A stretch of 33,656 nucleotides of DNA from a virus (Duplodnaviria; Caudoviricetes), in IMG/VR virus record IMGVR_UViG_3300024331_000081, positions 1-33,656 of that record; one strand, 5' to 3'. Under the pieces are notes generated by a model that worked only from the letters and a program-made list of their open reading frames with translations, did no database searches and was not told the origin of the DNA. Below, in pieces: positions 8,240-16,041 of the stretch. Position 1 is the first letter of the stretch, and the number at the start of each line of letters is the position of its first letter. Position numbers and translations under genes: made by a program.

Positions 8240-8590
8240 TTAGCCCTTTGCGACTCGGTCAACAGTGTTGACCACAGCCTCTGTTGAGGTTGCGACGATC
8301 GATACTTCGATGAGAACTGTTCTCCCAGGTAGTAGGTCTAGTACCTCCTGCACTGTTGACTCTGCATTGTAGAACACGTTGAGCTCACTAGCTAGTTTTG
8401 CTAGGACCCCTGCAGTCACTACGTGGTAGAACAACTTGCGTCCCTTGAAAGGGCCTCTGGTTATTGCGATAGAGACGGCTGCTGTTTGGCTGGTCTTCTC
8501 CCACATACCTTTGTAGACGGACCATCCGTCGATGATCCCTTGGTAAGACCCTTGTGGGATAGGCATTAACTGCTTGAAGTCCATCGACAT
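8240..8590 (-). CDS. DUF669-like putative ssDNA-binding (OB-fold) protein
   Basis: PIPQGSY...ITRGPFKGRKLF...L..L...L.GR.V.I.V pattern; start trimmed to MSMDF. Confidence 0.55.
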   Translation of the reverse strand: MSMDFKQLMPIPQGSYQGIIDGWSVYKGMWEKTSQTAAVSIAITRGPFKGRKLFYHVVTAGVLAKLASELNVFYNAESTVQEVLDLLPGRTVLIEVSIVATSTEAVVNTVDRVAKG

Positions 8591-8595
8591 GTGAG

Positions 8596-8940
8596 TTAGT
8601 CCACCTTTGCGACTTCGTAAGAGCCATCTGCCTGGGTAATTGAGACCCACGCATGTGTGTAGACCCGGATCCTCTCACTGCCGATGACAGCTTCGGCAAT
8701 AAGTAGGTAGGGATGGGGTGTCTCAGGGTCCATGATGCTGAAGTCGTCTGAGAACTTCACCATCTCGTCTGCGTCCTTGGCTGGTAGCCATCCTCCCATG
8801 TAGTTGTCGTCGATTTGTTTGGCAATGGATAGGGAGGAATCCCCTTTGAGGAAGTCGGGGATCAACCCTAGCATCGAGAAGGTGGCTTTGGGATGTTTAC
8901 CTTCCCATAAGACACCGTTGTGCATCTTCATGAACGACAT
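8596..8940 (-). CDS. hypothetical protein
   Basis: 114-aa ORF; LGLIPDFL...QIDDNY.GGW...IRVYTHAWVSITQADGSYEVAKVD. Confidence 0.7.
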   Translation of the reverse strand: MSFMKMHNGVLWEGKHPKATFSMLGLIPDFLKGDSSLSIAKQIDDNYMGGWLPAKDADEMVKFSDDFSIMDPETPHPYLLIAEAVIGSERIRVYTHAWVSITQADGSYEVAKVD

Positions 8941-8945
8941 CGTGC

Positions 8946-9131
8946 TTAGTTCCTTTCGACGGTGATTTCGATCTTGGTCCAGTCGAGGAACTTCTGGTCC
9001 TCGATCTGGTCTGAGATAGTGTCCGCTGTGGAGAGTACGGCTTTCCCGACTTCCGACAACGTCCGGATCTTTATTTCCTTGGGAGGTCCGTAGAACCCCT
9101 TTGCGGTGTAGACCTGTATCTTAGCTTTCAT
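8946..9131 (-). CDS. hypothetical protein
   Basis: 61-aa ORF in operon. Confidence 0.6.
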   Translation of the reverse strand: MKAKIQVYTAKGFYGPPKEIKIRTLSEVGKAVLSTADTISDQIEDQKFLDWTKIEITVERN

Positions 9132-9137
9132 CGTTTG

Positions 9138-9338
9138 CTACCTTCCGTAGATGTGGGACCAACGGCGGTTCATCCGCCGGCACTCTTCTTCCGCTTGTTC
9201 CTTGGACATCCTTTTCAGGATAATCCTGGTGAATATGTCCTCCTGCGGCTTGTTGTTGAACATAACGAGCCACACGTTTGGTGTCCCGTCTGGTACTACA
9301 TAGTACGGGCGTGTAGGTGAGGGTGTGCCTGCAGTCAT
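9138..9338 (-). CDS. hypothetical protein
   Basis: 66 aa; ATGA-coupled to the upstream ORF. Confidence 0.6.
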   Translation of the reverse strand: MTAGTPSPTRPYYVVPDGTPNVWLVMFNNKPQEDIFTRIILKRMSKEQAEEECRRMNRRWSHIYGR

Positions 9339-9502
9339 CGGTTGAGGTTCCTCTTGATAGTGGCTTTCATGGCCTCCTCAAGCTGTTTGGCATAGAGGCC
9401 ACCAGGCTGCATGTTTCGGTGATGCTCGTCCATCTCTCCTGCTATCAGGAAGACGATGAGGACGAATAGTCCTAAGACAGCATAGCACGCTAGTTTCATC
9501 AT
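9335..9502 (-). CDS. small membrane-anchored protein (55 aa, not in ORF track)
   Basis: AAGGA RBS; MMKLACYAVLGLFVLIVFLIAGEMDEH...; stop overlaps next start (ATGA). Confidence 0.65.
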   Translation of the reverse strand: MMKLACYAVLGLFVLIVFLIAGEMDEHHRNMQPGGLYAKQLEEAMKATIKRNLNR

Positions 9503-9534
9503 GACTTGTTCCTTCTGTGTTGTGTTATATTATG

Positions 9535-9684
9535 TTAACCGAAGTAGTAAGCTATTTCTACCAGGACGATCACCAGCAGAGTGATGGTAGCTCCTGGTAG
9601 GAGACTGACGTCGTAAGTGTCTTCTAACACTAACAGCAACAGGGCTATCAGTATTAGCGTAGTTAAGGAGATCAGGTATAACAT
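9535..9684 (-). CDS. 49-aa two-TM peptide (not in ORF track)
   Basis: MLYLISLTTLILIALLLLVLEDTYDVSLLPGATITLLVIVLVEIAYYFG; fills the gap; no clear SD. Confidence 0.55.
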   Translation of the reverse strand: MLYLISLTTLILIALLLLVLEDTYDVSLLPGATITLLVIVLVEIAYYFG

Positions 9685-9713
9685 TTGACTGTTGTTGTGT
9701 TAGGGTGATCCCA

Positions 9714-9739
9714 GATAGCCACCTGTCGGGGTGGCTATC
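9714..9739 (-). terminator. stem-loop
   Basis: perfect 10-bp stem GATAGCCACC/GGTGGCTATC; no U-tract. Confidence 0.45.
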
Positions 9740-9755
9740 AAGCATCATCCTCCGG

Positions 9756-10073
9756 TTAGCTGTTGTGGTAGTAGCGCTTGATGTCGTCGATCAGTCTGAC
9801 GAATCCGATCTGATCACGTTCTGGGAATCCATCCCAACCTCCGTGTATGGACTCCTGGAGGTACTCTTTGATAGTGAGTGCAGGGATCTCGTCCAAGCCG
9901 CCGTACTGGGCTATTGTGGGGTCGAACTCCCTCTGTATTAGGAAGAACAGATCCTCAGCCTCCTCCGTTGTTAGGTCGTTCTGTTGCTGTAGCATCTCCT
10001 TCGAGTATTCCCGTCGATCCTCCAGCAGTTGGAGGTCGACGATCTCCTCGAAGATCTCTCTGACTGTTGCCAT
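9756..10073 (-). CDS. acidic hypothetical protein
   Basis: 105 aa, GGAGG RBS, D/E-rich. Confidence 0.7.
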   Translation of the reverse strand: MATVREIFEEIVDLQLLEDRREYSKEMLQQQNDLTTEEAEDLFFLIQREFDPTIAQYGGLDEIPALTIKEYLQESIHGGWDGFPERDQIGFVRLIDDIKRYYHNS

Positions 10074-10080
10074 GTGTTAG

Positions 10081-10566
10081 TTACCTCCAGGCTTCAAATT
10101 TGTACTTGTCGAAGAATAGCCAGTCTGTGAAGGCCATCCACTTCGCCTTGGTCTCCTCATCGTCTTTGAACGACTTGGCGATGAGGCTGTGCATGAGACC
10201 TTGGCAGTCACGAAGCCTGCTGGGTTCGTCGTATGTGTAGCCCTTGGCCTTCGTCTTCTCAGGTCTCATTGTTGGGGTGGTGTCGTCGATGTATTGACCT
10301 CCTTCCGACATCAGGATTGTGAAGCCGAACTCGACAGCTATGTTGAACTGCCAACAGTAGTGCTTCGGGTCTACAGGCTGAGACCACCAACGACAGATCA
10401 CTGCGTCCACCTCCTGGAGGTTCTCGACCTTGAGGCGTTGTACGACGTGTTTGCCGTACGTAGTCTTGAGCTTGCCGTTCACCCTTGTGAAGGTAGCGTC
10501 TGAGTAGTTGGTCTCTTCGACTGGGTGTTCGGTGCCTCGTATGTGGAACCTGTATGATGCTGGCAT
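10081..10566 (-). CDS. hypothetical protein
   Basis: start trimmed to MPASY just after the upstream stop. Confidence 0.65.
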   Translation of the reverse strand: MPASYRFHIRGTEHPVEETNYSDATFTRVNGKLKTTYGKHVVQRLKVENLQEVDAVICRWWSQPVDPKHYCWQFNIAVEFGFTILMSEGGQYIDDTTPTMRPEKTKAKGYTYDEPSRLRDCQGLMHSLIAKSFKDDEETKAKWMAFTDWLFFDKYKFEAWR

Positions 10567-10571
10567 GTTAC

Positions 10572-10796
10572 TTAGTCCTGTGGTAGAAGTGTGGGACGTG
10601 CAGGGTCGATGATCTCGAGGATCGAAGCTCCCCGCTTCTTGCGGAACTTGTAGTTGAGTGCTTTGGCTTGGGAGATCTTCTCTGCGTTGTTCCCCTTTCC
10701 AAGGTCTATATTGATCTGCGGATGCATGGTGTACCACTGACCATCAACTGCAAAGTTGACAGACGAGGCCATTAGCGGGTTGAAAGTGAATCTCAT
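10572..10796 (-). CDS. hypothetical protein
   Basis: 74 aa, GAGGA RBS. Confidence 0.6.
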   Translation of the reverse strand: MRFTFNPLMASSVNFAVDGQWYTMHPQINIDLGKGNNAEKISQAKALNYKFRKKRGASILEIIDPARPTLLPQD

Positions 10797-10880
10797 TGCT
10801 GTGTTCCTCGGTACGAGATTGTACCAGGATGCAGTACTATGTGCAGCACTGCATCTAGCTACCCTCTCTGTTGTTGTTTG

Positions 10881-11177
10881 TTACTCGTGTTCTGGTGGCA
10901 GGATCTGTGTGAAGTCTCCACCGGGCTGGGTGGTTACCTGTACTGCTAGAACCTGGGTGTACGCTTGGATGTTCTCAGCAGCTGAGGTATCTTTGGAGTG
11001 GAGCCACTCCATGAAGTTGCTGGCGACGTATGTTCGTACAAACACCGCATCGTCCTCTCCAGTGGTCCTGAAGTTGCCTGCTTCGAGGATCTCTTTGTAG
11101 GAGGTAGGGTCATCCTTGCAGAGGATTGCTCCGTCCTCGATGAGAACGTCCAGTGTGATGGTTGCTTTACGTTGCAT
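10881..11177 (-). CDS. hypothetical protein
   Basis: 98 aa, AAGGA RBS. Confidence 0.65.
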   Translation of the reverse strand: MQRKATITLDVLIEDGAILCKDDPTSYKEILEAGNFRTTGEDDAVFVRTYVASNFMEWLHSKDTSAAENIQAYTQVLAVQVTTQPGGDFTQILPPEHE

Positions 11178-11231
11178 TGTGTATGTCCTTCCTGAATCGT
11201 CCCTGCATCCGTCCGTGAGTTCTGGGGTTGG

Positions 11232-11537
11232 TTATATAGGACCGACTTTGGGCCATTCTTTCGCGTCGACGTAGTCGATCGTGGATCGACACCCTCCTTT
11301 GTCGTACCTCGACATGATCATCCTGGCGAAGTCTTCCAGTTCGTAGTTTCGAAGAGTTGGGGTGTCGAAGTATTTCCTGTATTGACGTAGGGCGTGCTCT
11401 TCTGGCTCCCATTCATAGAAGATCCCACGTGAATGGTCACACATGAGGATCTTCTTGTCTGCTTTGAGGGTGACGGAGATCCTCTGGCCGTGCTCTTGGT
11501 ATAGCCGTTGGGTGTTGAAACCGATTATCTCAGGCAT
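11232..11537 (-). CDS. hypothetical protein
   Basis: start trimmed to MPEIIG (GAGGA RBS); FNTQRLYQEHGQRI...DHSRGI. Confidence 0.65.
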   Translation of the reverse strand: MPEIIGFNTQRLYQEHGQRISVTLKADKKILMCDHSRGIFYEWEPEEHALRQYRKYFDTPTLRNYELEDFARMIMSRYDKGGCRSTIDYVDAKEWPKVGPI

Positions 11538-11583
11538 GTGTTTACTTTCCTCTGGTTTTGTTGGTTTGTTTCTGTTGCGGTTG

Positions 11584-11823
11584 TTAGAGGAACATGTCAT
11601 CCTTGTTGCCGACGCGTATGTGGTAGATACGGCCGTCGATAGTGACAGTTCCTTCGTACACGGTTGTACCAGGGTTCATCCCCTCGACCTCTTTGAGATC
11701 TACTTCGTAGAACCCGAAGTGGTCTGACCATTCCTGGGTCTCCTCCCTCCCTTCCCAGTCTCCTCCTTGGGACTGCAGTTCCTGATCCTGACCCTTCTCA
11801 GTGTCTGTAATGTGTAGGTGCAT
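11584..11823 (-). CDS. acidic hypothetical protein
   Basis: start trimmed to MHLHIT (AGGA RBS). Confidence 0.6.
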   Translation of the reverse strand: MHLHITDTEKGQDQELQSQGGDWEGREETQEWSDHFGFYEVDLKEVEGMNPGTTVYEGTVTIDGRIYHIRVGNKDDMFL

Positions 11824-11919
11824 GTTGTCTTCCTGTTTGTTTATTGGTATGTCTTGAAGGCATACCGTGAAGCGGTACAAAGGGTACCGCTTACCGCTAT
11901 GTCCTCTATTGTTGTTGTG

Positions 11920-12117
11920 TTAGCTGTATTTGATGGGCTGACGGAGCTCGATGTCTACCCTCTCTCCGTTTATCCTTACGGAAGCGGACCACTGTACGTA
12001 ACCCGTCTCTGCCTCTCCTTCTGGGAGACAGAAGTCTGTAGGTTTCAGGTCTACGTCTATCTCAGGATCTTCTCCGCTCAGGAGGGTTTCCTGTTTCAAC
12101 CATACATGTAAGTGCAT
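11920..12117 (-). CDS. hypothetical protein
   Basis: 65 aa, AAGGA RBS, begins MHLH like its neighbour. Confidence 0.6.
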   Translation of the reverse strand: MHLHVWLKQETLLSGEDPEIDVDLKPTDFCLPEGEAETGYVQWSASVRINGERVDIELRQPIKYS

Positions 12118-12121
12118 TGCG

Positions 12122-12532
12122 CTATTCCTTCCTTCCGGTTAGTCTGCGATAGCGGAGTATACTTTGCTCCACTTTGGAGATCGGGATCTCAGGGTTCAGC
12201 ATGACTCGGTTCTTGTTATCTTTAATGAGGTAACTCTGGATGATCTTTTGTTCGTCGCTGTTGAACGGTAGTTTCTGGATTGACGGTACTTGTAGTAAGC
12301 GAGCAAGGACTGCTGTAGGCATCTTGGGTTTCAGGCGCTCCTCTGTACCTTCTTTCTGCATCCGTTCGTGGTGTTCTTGGAGCGATTCCACCTTGATCAC
12401 TTTACCTGTTGTTTTGGATATTAGGATCTTTGGTCGGTAGAAACGCTCTTCCAGCTTCGTCATCTGGTTCTTGAGCTTACGTTTATGGTTACGAACGATG
12501 TTCCGCTTTCCTTGTAACCATCGACTCGCCAT
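12122..12532 (-). CDS. basic hypothetical protein
   Basis: 136 aa, K/R-rich, GAGG RBS. Confidence 0.65.
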   Translation of the reverse strand: MASRWLQGKRNIVRNHKRKLKNQMTKLEERFYRPKILISKTTGKVIKVESLQEHHERMQKEGTEERLKPKMPTAVLARLLQVPSIQKLPFNSDEQKIIQSYLIKDNKNRVMLNPEIPISKVEQSILRYRRLTGRKE

Positions 12533-12559
12533 TTCGGTTGTACCTCTTGGTTACCCGGT

Positions 12560-12844
12560 TTACCCTTCGTATTTGACCGCGTGGATCTCTAGGTACGCTC
12601 GACCTTCGTCGATTCTCTGAGGACACCGGTAGATCTGGTATTCGTCGTCATCGTATTCGTGTTGTGGGGTCCATTGGATCTCCTGCTCTAAAAAACCTTC
12701 TGGAAGAAGCATGCCGTGGAAAGCGTGGTCCTTCGCTGCTTCCAATGTTTTGAAGGCTTCTGGAGTTAAGAGGCCAGTGTTGAACTCTTCGTCTTCGTTG
12801 TCCGCGTAGTTAACGAACATCAGGTACACGTGTGTGTTGGTCAT
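12560..12844 (-). CDS. acidic hypothetical protein
   Basis: 94 aa; ATGA-coupled; AFKTLEAAK motif. Confidence 0.65.
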   Translation of the reverse strand: MTNTHVYLMFVNYADNEDEEFNTGLLTPEAFKTLEAAKDHAFHGMLLPEGFLEQEIQWTPQHEYDDDEYQIYRCPQRIDEGRAYLEIHAVKYEG

Positions 12845-13083
12845 CGTGTTAGACCCTTGTAGTTATGGTAATACTTCAGGAACTTTCTCATTTCTCGCTG
12901 CATTACGTGCTTTGGTACGCTCTGCAGATGGTTGAACAGTCTCATCGTTACCAGGAAAGTGATCGCCTTTTCTACATCGGCGTCGCTAACAATCGAATCC
13001 GGTATGCTGAAAGGCTGTGGTTGTTCGCTTTCCTTAGGACGGTTCTTAAGTTTTCTCCAATATCCGTCGCTACCGTTGCTCAT
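12841..13083 (-). CDS. hypothetical protein
   Basis: start trimmed to MSNGSDG because the longer ORF reads through the promoter. Confidence 0.55.
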   Translation of the reverse strand: MSNGSDGYWRKLKNRPKESEQPQPFSIPDSIVSDADVEKAITFLVTMRLFNHLQSVPKHVMQREMRKFLKYYHNYKGLTR

Positions 13084-13132
13084 GTTTACCGGCTTTCGGG
13101 TTAGATGGTATTTTGGAGATTGTTTTTTATTT

Positions 13133-13192
13133 ATTTTATAGCGTTTTTTAGTGGTTTTCAAGAGTTATTTTATGGTCATTTTATGGTTTTTT
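13133..13192 (-). promoter_or_regulatory. sigma70-like early promoter
   Basis: AAAATAACTC-TTGAAA-17 bp-TAAAAT with phased A-tracts upstream. Confidence 0.7.
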
Positions 13193-13278
13193 GATGGGCG
13201 CCCGTCAATTGGGAGGCCCGTTGGTTTGTTGTTTGTTTGTTAATTCCTTTACTTCATAAAATGGGGAAACTAAAATTC

Positions 13279-13584
13279 TTTACTGATGGATAGATGGTTA
13301 ACTTATTGATTCTATTAAGTGTTTACTTTTATTTACTTTCTTTGGTTATTCCTCTAAGAAGAAGACATTGAAAAAAGTTAATATAGGAAAATGTTATTGG
13401 TGGGAATGGAGATATTCTGTAAATATGGCGGGAAGAGCGAGGGCGACATGTACATAGGAGGAATAGGCGAAATGTAGTATATTAACTTTTTTAAGAGAAA
13501 ATAGAGAAGATACCGGAGTAACGTAAAGTCAAGATAACTAAACCTTAATGATTTCAAAGAGTTAACCATCCAAAGATCAGTAAA
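13279..13584. repeat. long imperfect AT-rich inverted repeat (~305 bp)
   Basis: paired blocks TTTACTGAT/ATCAGTAAA, GATGGTTAACT/AGTTAACCATC, ATTAAG/CTTAAT, AAAAAAGTTAATATA/TATATTAACTTTTTT in nested order. Confidence 0.85.
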
Positions 13585-13840
13585 CGCAAACTAAAGTCTT
13601 TAGTGGGAAACTAAAGCGTGGGCCCTGGGTACCCGAACGGACCTGAGCACTCGTTGTTCCCTGACTTGCATCCAGAGGCCCGACTTACGAAAAACTGCCG
13701 TGCCTTATGGACGGGTTGGGTCAGACTAAGGATCCTACCTAGGCAGGGTGAGGGATAGGGGCCATTCCACCGTTAAACGGGGGCACCTGGTTTGCTGGTT
13801 CGGTCAAAAATAACCGGCGCTGGGCGCCTCCTTCGTAGTG

Positions 13841-13880
13841 GGTATAATGGGTAGCCTCCGTGGGAGGCTACCTATATACC
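13841..13880 (-). terminator. stem-loop after 13880 gene
   Basis: GGTAGCCTCC-GTG-GGAGGCTACC extended by GGTATA/TATACC. Confidence 0.55.
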
Positions 13881-14062
13881 TACTCCAGTGGATCTAGGTC
13901 GAACCGCTTCTGCAGGTTAATGCAGTGCTCGATCGTTTCCTGGTCATCCCGAACGGCTGCTGCCTCTCCGGGGATGCCCTCTTTCTCGTGGATCTCGTCG
14001 TAGCAGTTGTCGTAGAGCATCTTGAGAGCGCTCCACATTACCCGTTTCTCGTGTTCGTTCAT
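13880..14062 (-). CDS. hypothetical protein
   Basis: 60 aa, GAAGGT RBS. Confidence 0.6.
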   Translation of the reverse strand: MNEHEKRVMWSALKMLYDNCYDEIHEKEGIPGEAAAVRDDQETIEHCINLQKRFDLDPLE

Positions 14063-14085
14063 GTCTCAACCTTCTAGTTGACACC

Positions 14086-14118
14086 AGAAAAGGGCCGCTA
14101 GGTTTCCCTAGCAGCCCT
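14086..14118 (-). terminator. rho-independent terminator
   Basis: minus strand AGGGCTGCTAGG-GAAA-CCTAGCGGCCCT then TTTC; follows the 14149 gene. Confidence 0.75.
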
Positions 14119-14148
14119 CTTGCCTTGGCAGGCTATGCGCCGATGTGG

Positions 14149-14508
14149 CTACTTAGCCTGGTCTTCGACGATCGGCGCCGTGGACGGCTTGACTGCCGCC
14201 TTCTTCGCCTGCCACTCCGTGCGGATGTGGTTGACGTGCACCAGGTTCATGGGATCGCCGGCCTTCCGATTCGGGTTCCGCGCGCTGTCGGAATCGTACC
14301 GGATCTTGTCGGCGATTGCCCGGTTCGACCAGCCCTGTTCGAGCAGGTAGAACACCATGTCCTTCTTCGACGCGTTGGTCTCCGAAAGCCGCTGCAGCTC
14401 CTTGTTCGCCGCGGCATGCTGATCTTCCGTCGGCATGAAGCCGCGGGAAGTGTTCCCGGCGCGGGAAGTCGGGGTGAACGTTACGCTCGAGGCTGAACTC
14501 TGTGCCAT
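14149..14508 (-). CDS. small HTH-like protein (family member 3, ~63% GC)
   Basis: SKKDMVFYLLEQGWSNRAIA...MNLVHVNHI; AGGAG RBS; own promoter and terminator. Confidence 0.75.
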   Translation of the reverse strand: MAQSSASSVTFTPTSRAGNTSRGFMPTEDQHAAANKELQRLSETNASKKDMVFYLLEQGWSNRAIADKIRYDSDSARNPNRKAGDPMNLVHVNHIRTEWQAKKAAVKPSTAPIVEDQAK

Positions 14509-14601
14509 GTTTTGCTCCTGGCCACTATGGCCGTAGGGTTGAAAGGAAACCGCTGTGCCCCAATTGTTGATTGGGTTTGGGGTCTGATTTATTATGATAT
14601 T

Positions 14602-14665
14602 ATTATATAGCGTTATTTAGGCGTTCTCAAGGGTTATTTTTAGGTTCTTGAGAGTTTTTTGCTCG
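14602..14665 (-). promoter_or_regulatory. sigma70-like early promoter
   Basis: CGAGCAAAAAACTC...AAAAATAACCC-TTGAGA-17 bp-TATAAT. Confidence 0.85.
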
Positions 14666-14842
14666 GCTATGGGCGCAACTGCGTCCTAAGGTACTTGTGA
14701 TCAGGATGTTGTTGATGCCAGCGATCGAGGGCCGATTGCGCTTCCCGAAGGGAGCGGAACATGCCAGGGATTTTTACCCAGCCGTCCAAAGTGTTGCGCT
14801 CTACGACCCAATACAACGACCAATAATGGCTCATACACCACC

Positions 14843-15040
14843 TCAGTTAGTTCGGGCGCCCCCCTTGAACTTCAGGAGGGCAGAACGAAGGGCATCCAGC
14901 CAACGCTTATGCATGGGCAGGTCCTCCGCTGATGGGGTTCGAGCTTCCGACACTTCGACCATGTGCTCCAACGAAAGGATGGTCACTTGGGTCTCTTCCG
15001 CCGTTAGCTCAGAGAAGATGTATTCTGACTGTTCCGCCAT
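14843..15040 (-). CDS. hypothetical protein
   Basis: 65 aa, AAGGAGG RBS. Confidence 0.65.
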   Translation of the reverse strand: MAEQSEYIFSELTAEETQVTILSLEHMVEVSEARTPSAEDLPMHKRWLDALRSALLKFKGGARTN

Positions 15041-15106
15041 AGTCCTCCTTTGACTGCAGCCGTAGGTTTTACCGCTGCTCCCGTTAACGATGAACCCCTT
15101 CGGCTC

Positions 15107-15143
15107 ATCGAATAGACCTCCGGCTCGCAGAGGTCTATTCGAT
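15107..15143 (-). terminator. stem-loop
   Basis: perfect 14-bp stem ATCGAATAGACCTC/GAGGTCTATTCGAT after the 15166 gene; no U-tract. Confidence 0.5.
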
Positions 15144-15165
15144 ATTCCGTAGTTAGGTTAGCTGG

Positions 15166-15639
15166 TTAGAACTTACCTAACTTGAATCCCCCTTCGTACT
15201 TAGTTCGATTCGATTTACCTGCTTTAACCGTCTTACGTTTCTTTGGTTCCTCTTCTTCCTCTTTACCTATGTTCATCTTAATAACGTGGTTGATCTGTTT
15301 CAACCTTTCGATGGACTTACGTTTTCTGTGGTTTCTCATCCACTCCAGCGTAATTTCTACCGCGAATCCGTGTTTACAGTGATCCATGATAACCGTGAAC
15401 TCGGACATATCTATTTCATCGTAGATCTGTAAGACGCGCGCTAGGTGTCTCCACCACTCCGTGGGGAACTTCGTCTCTTCTGCTGCTTCTTCCATCATCC
15501 GGTTGATGTGAGCCTCCATCGACTCGTTCATCTTGGGACGGTAGAACTTGATCTCTCTTTCCGTGAGGGATCGGTTACCCTCTCTTTTCATTGCAGCGCG
15601 GTTGCGCTGTTGAACTTGTAACATGAATCTCGAGGTCAT
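15166..15639 (-). CDS. hypothetical charged protein
   Basis: start trimmed to MTSRF (AGGAG RBS); C-terminal YEGGFKLGKF. Confidence 0.7.
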   Translation of the reverse strand: MTSRFMLQVQQRNRAAMKREGNRSLTEREIKFYRPKMNESMEAHINRMMEEAAEETKFPTEWWRHLARVLQIYDEIDMSEFTVIMDHCKHGFAVEITLEWMRNHRKRKSIERLKQINHVIKMNIGKEEEEEPKKRKTVKAGKSNRTKYEGGFKLGKF

Positions 15640-15655
15640 TACTGATCTCCTGTAG

Positions 15656-15677
15656 TGGGGGAGCCGAAGCTCCCCCA
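15656..15677 (-). other. cUUCGg RNA hairpin between cistrons
   Basis: minus strand TGGGGGAGC-TTCG-GCTCCCCCA; no U-tract, so more likely a stability/processing element. Confidence 0.65.
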
Positions 15678-15685
15678 TACACTTG

Positions 15686-15913
15686 TTACAGGGTACCGAG
15701 GTACTTGAGGTAGTAATTGTAGAAGTACTGATCGCGGGTCGTGTCGAGACAGTACTTCATGATACACGCTTTCGACCAGGAATGATCGATACCGTAACAG
15801 AACGCTTCGAACTTCGACTTGAACACCTCGTCGATCTCGTTCACCTCGTCCTGGGTAACAACCACGTTACCAGTGTACTTGTTATTCGAGGAACGCTTCA
15901 CGATTTTCAACAT
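15686..15913 (-). CDS. small HTH-like protein (family member 2, paralogue of 16478-16708)
   Basis: 75 aa MLKIVKRSS...; 44/75 identities to 16478-16708 by hand; start trimmed. Confidence 0.85.
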   Translation of the reverse strand: MLKIVKRSSNNKYTGNVVVTQDEVNEIDEVFKSKFEAFCYGIDHSWSKACIMKYCLDTTRDQYFYNYYLKYLGTL

Positions 15914-15976
15914 GTTACACCTGTACCTTTGGGTTAATAAAGTTTGTTTGGGTAGGTTTTTTATTATTATGTTTAT

Positions 15977-16041
15977 ATTATATAGGGTTATTTTTGGGGT
16001 CTCAAGAGTTATTTTTGGGGTAGATAAGAGTTTTTTGCTCG
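15977..16041 (-). promoter_or_regulatory. sigma70-like early promoter with 22-bp internal repeat
   Basis: CGAGCAAAAAACTC-TTATCT-ACCCCAAAAATAACTC-TTGAGA-CCCCAAAAATAACCCTA-TATAAT. Confidence 0.85.

Noticed and set aside
13378-13569. 63-aa ORF inside the AT-rich region
   Set aside because: No RBS, composition-driven sequence, and it lies within the long inverted repeat.
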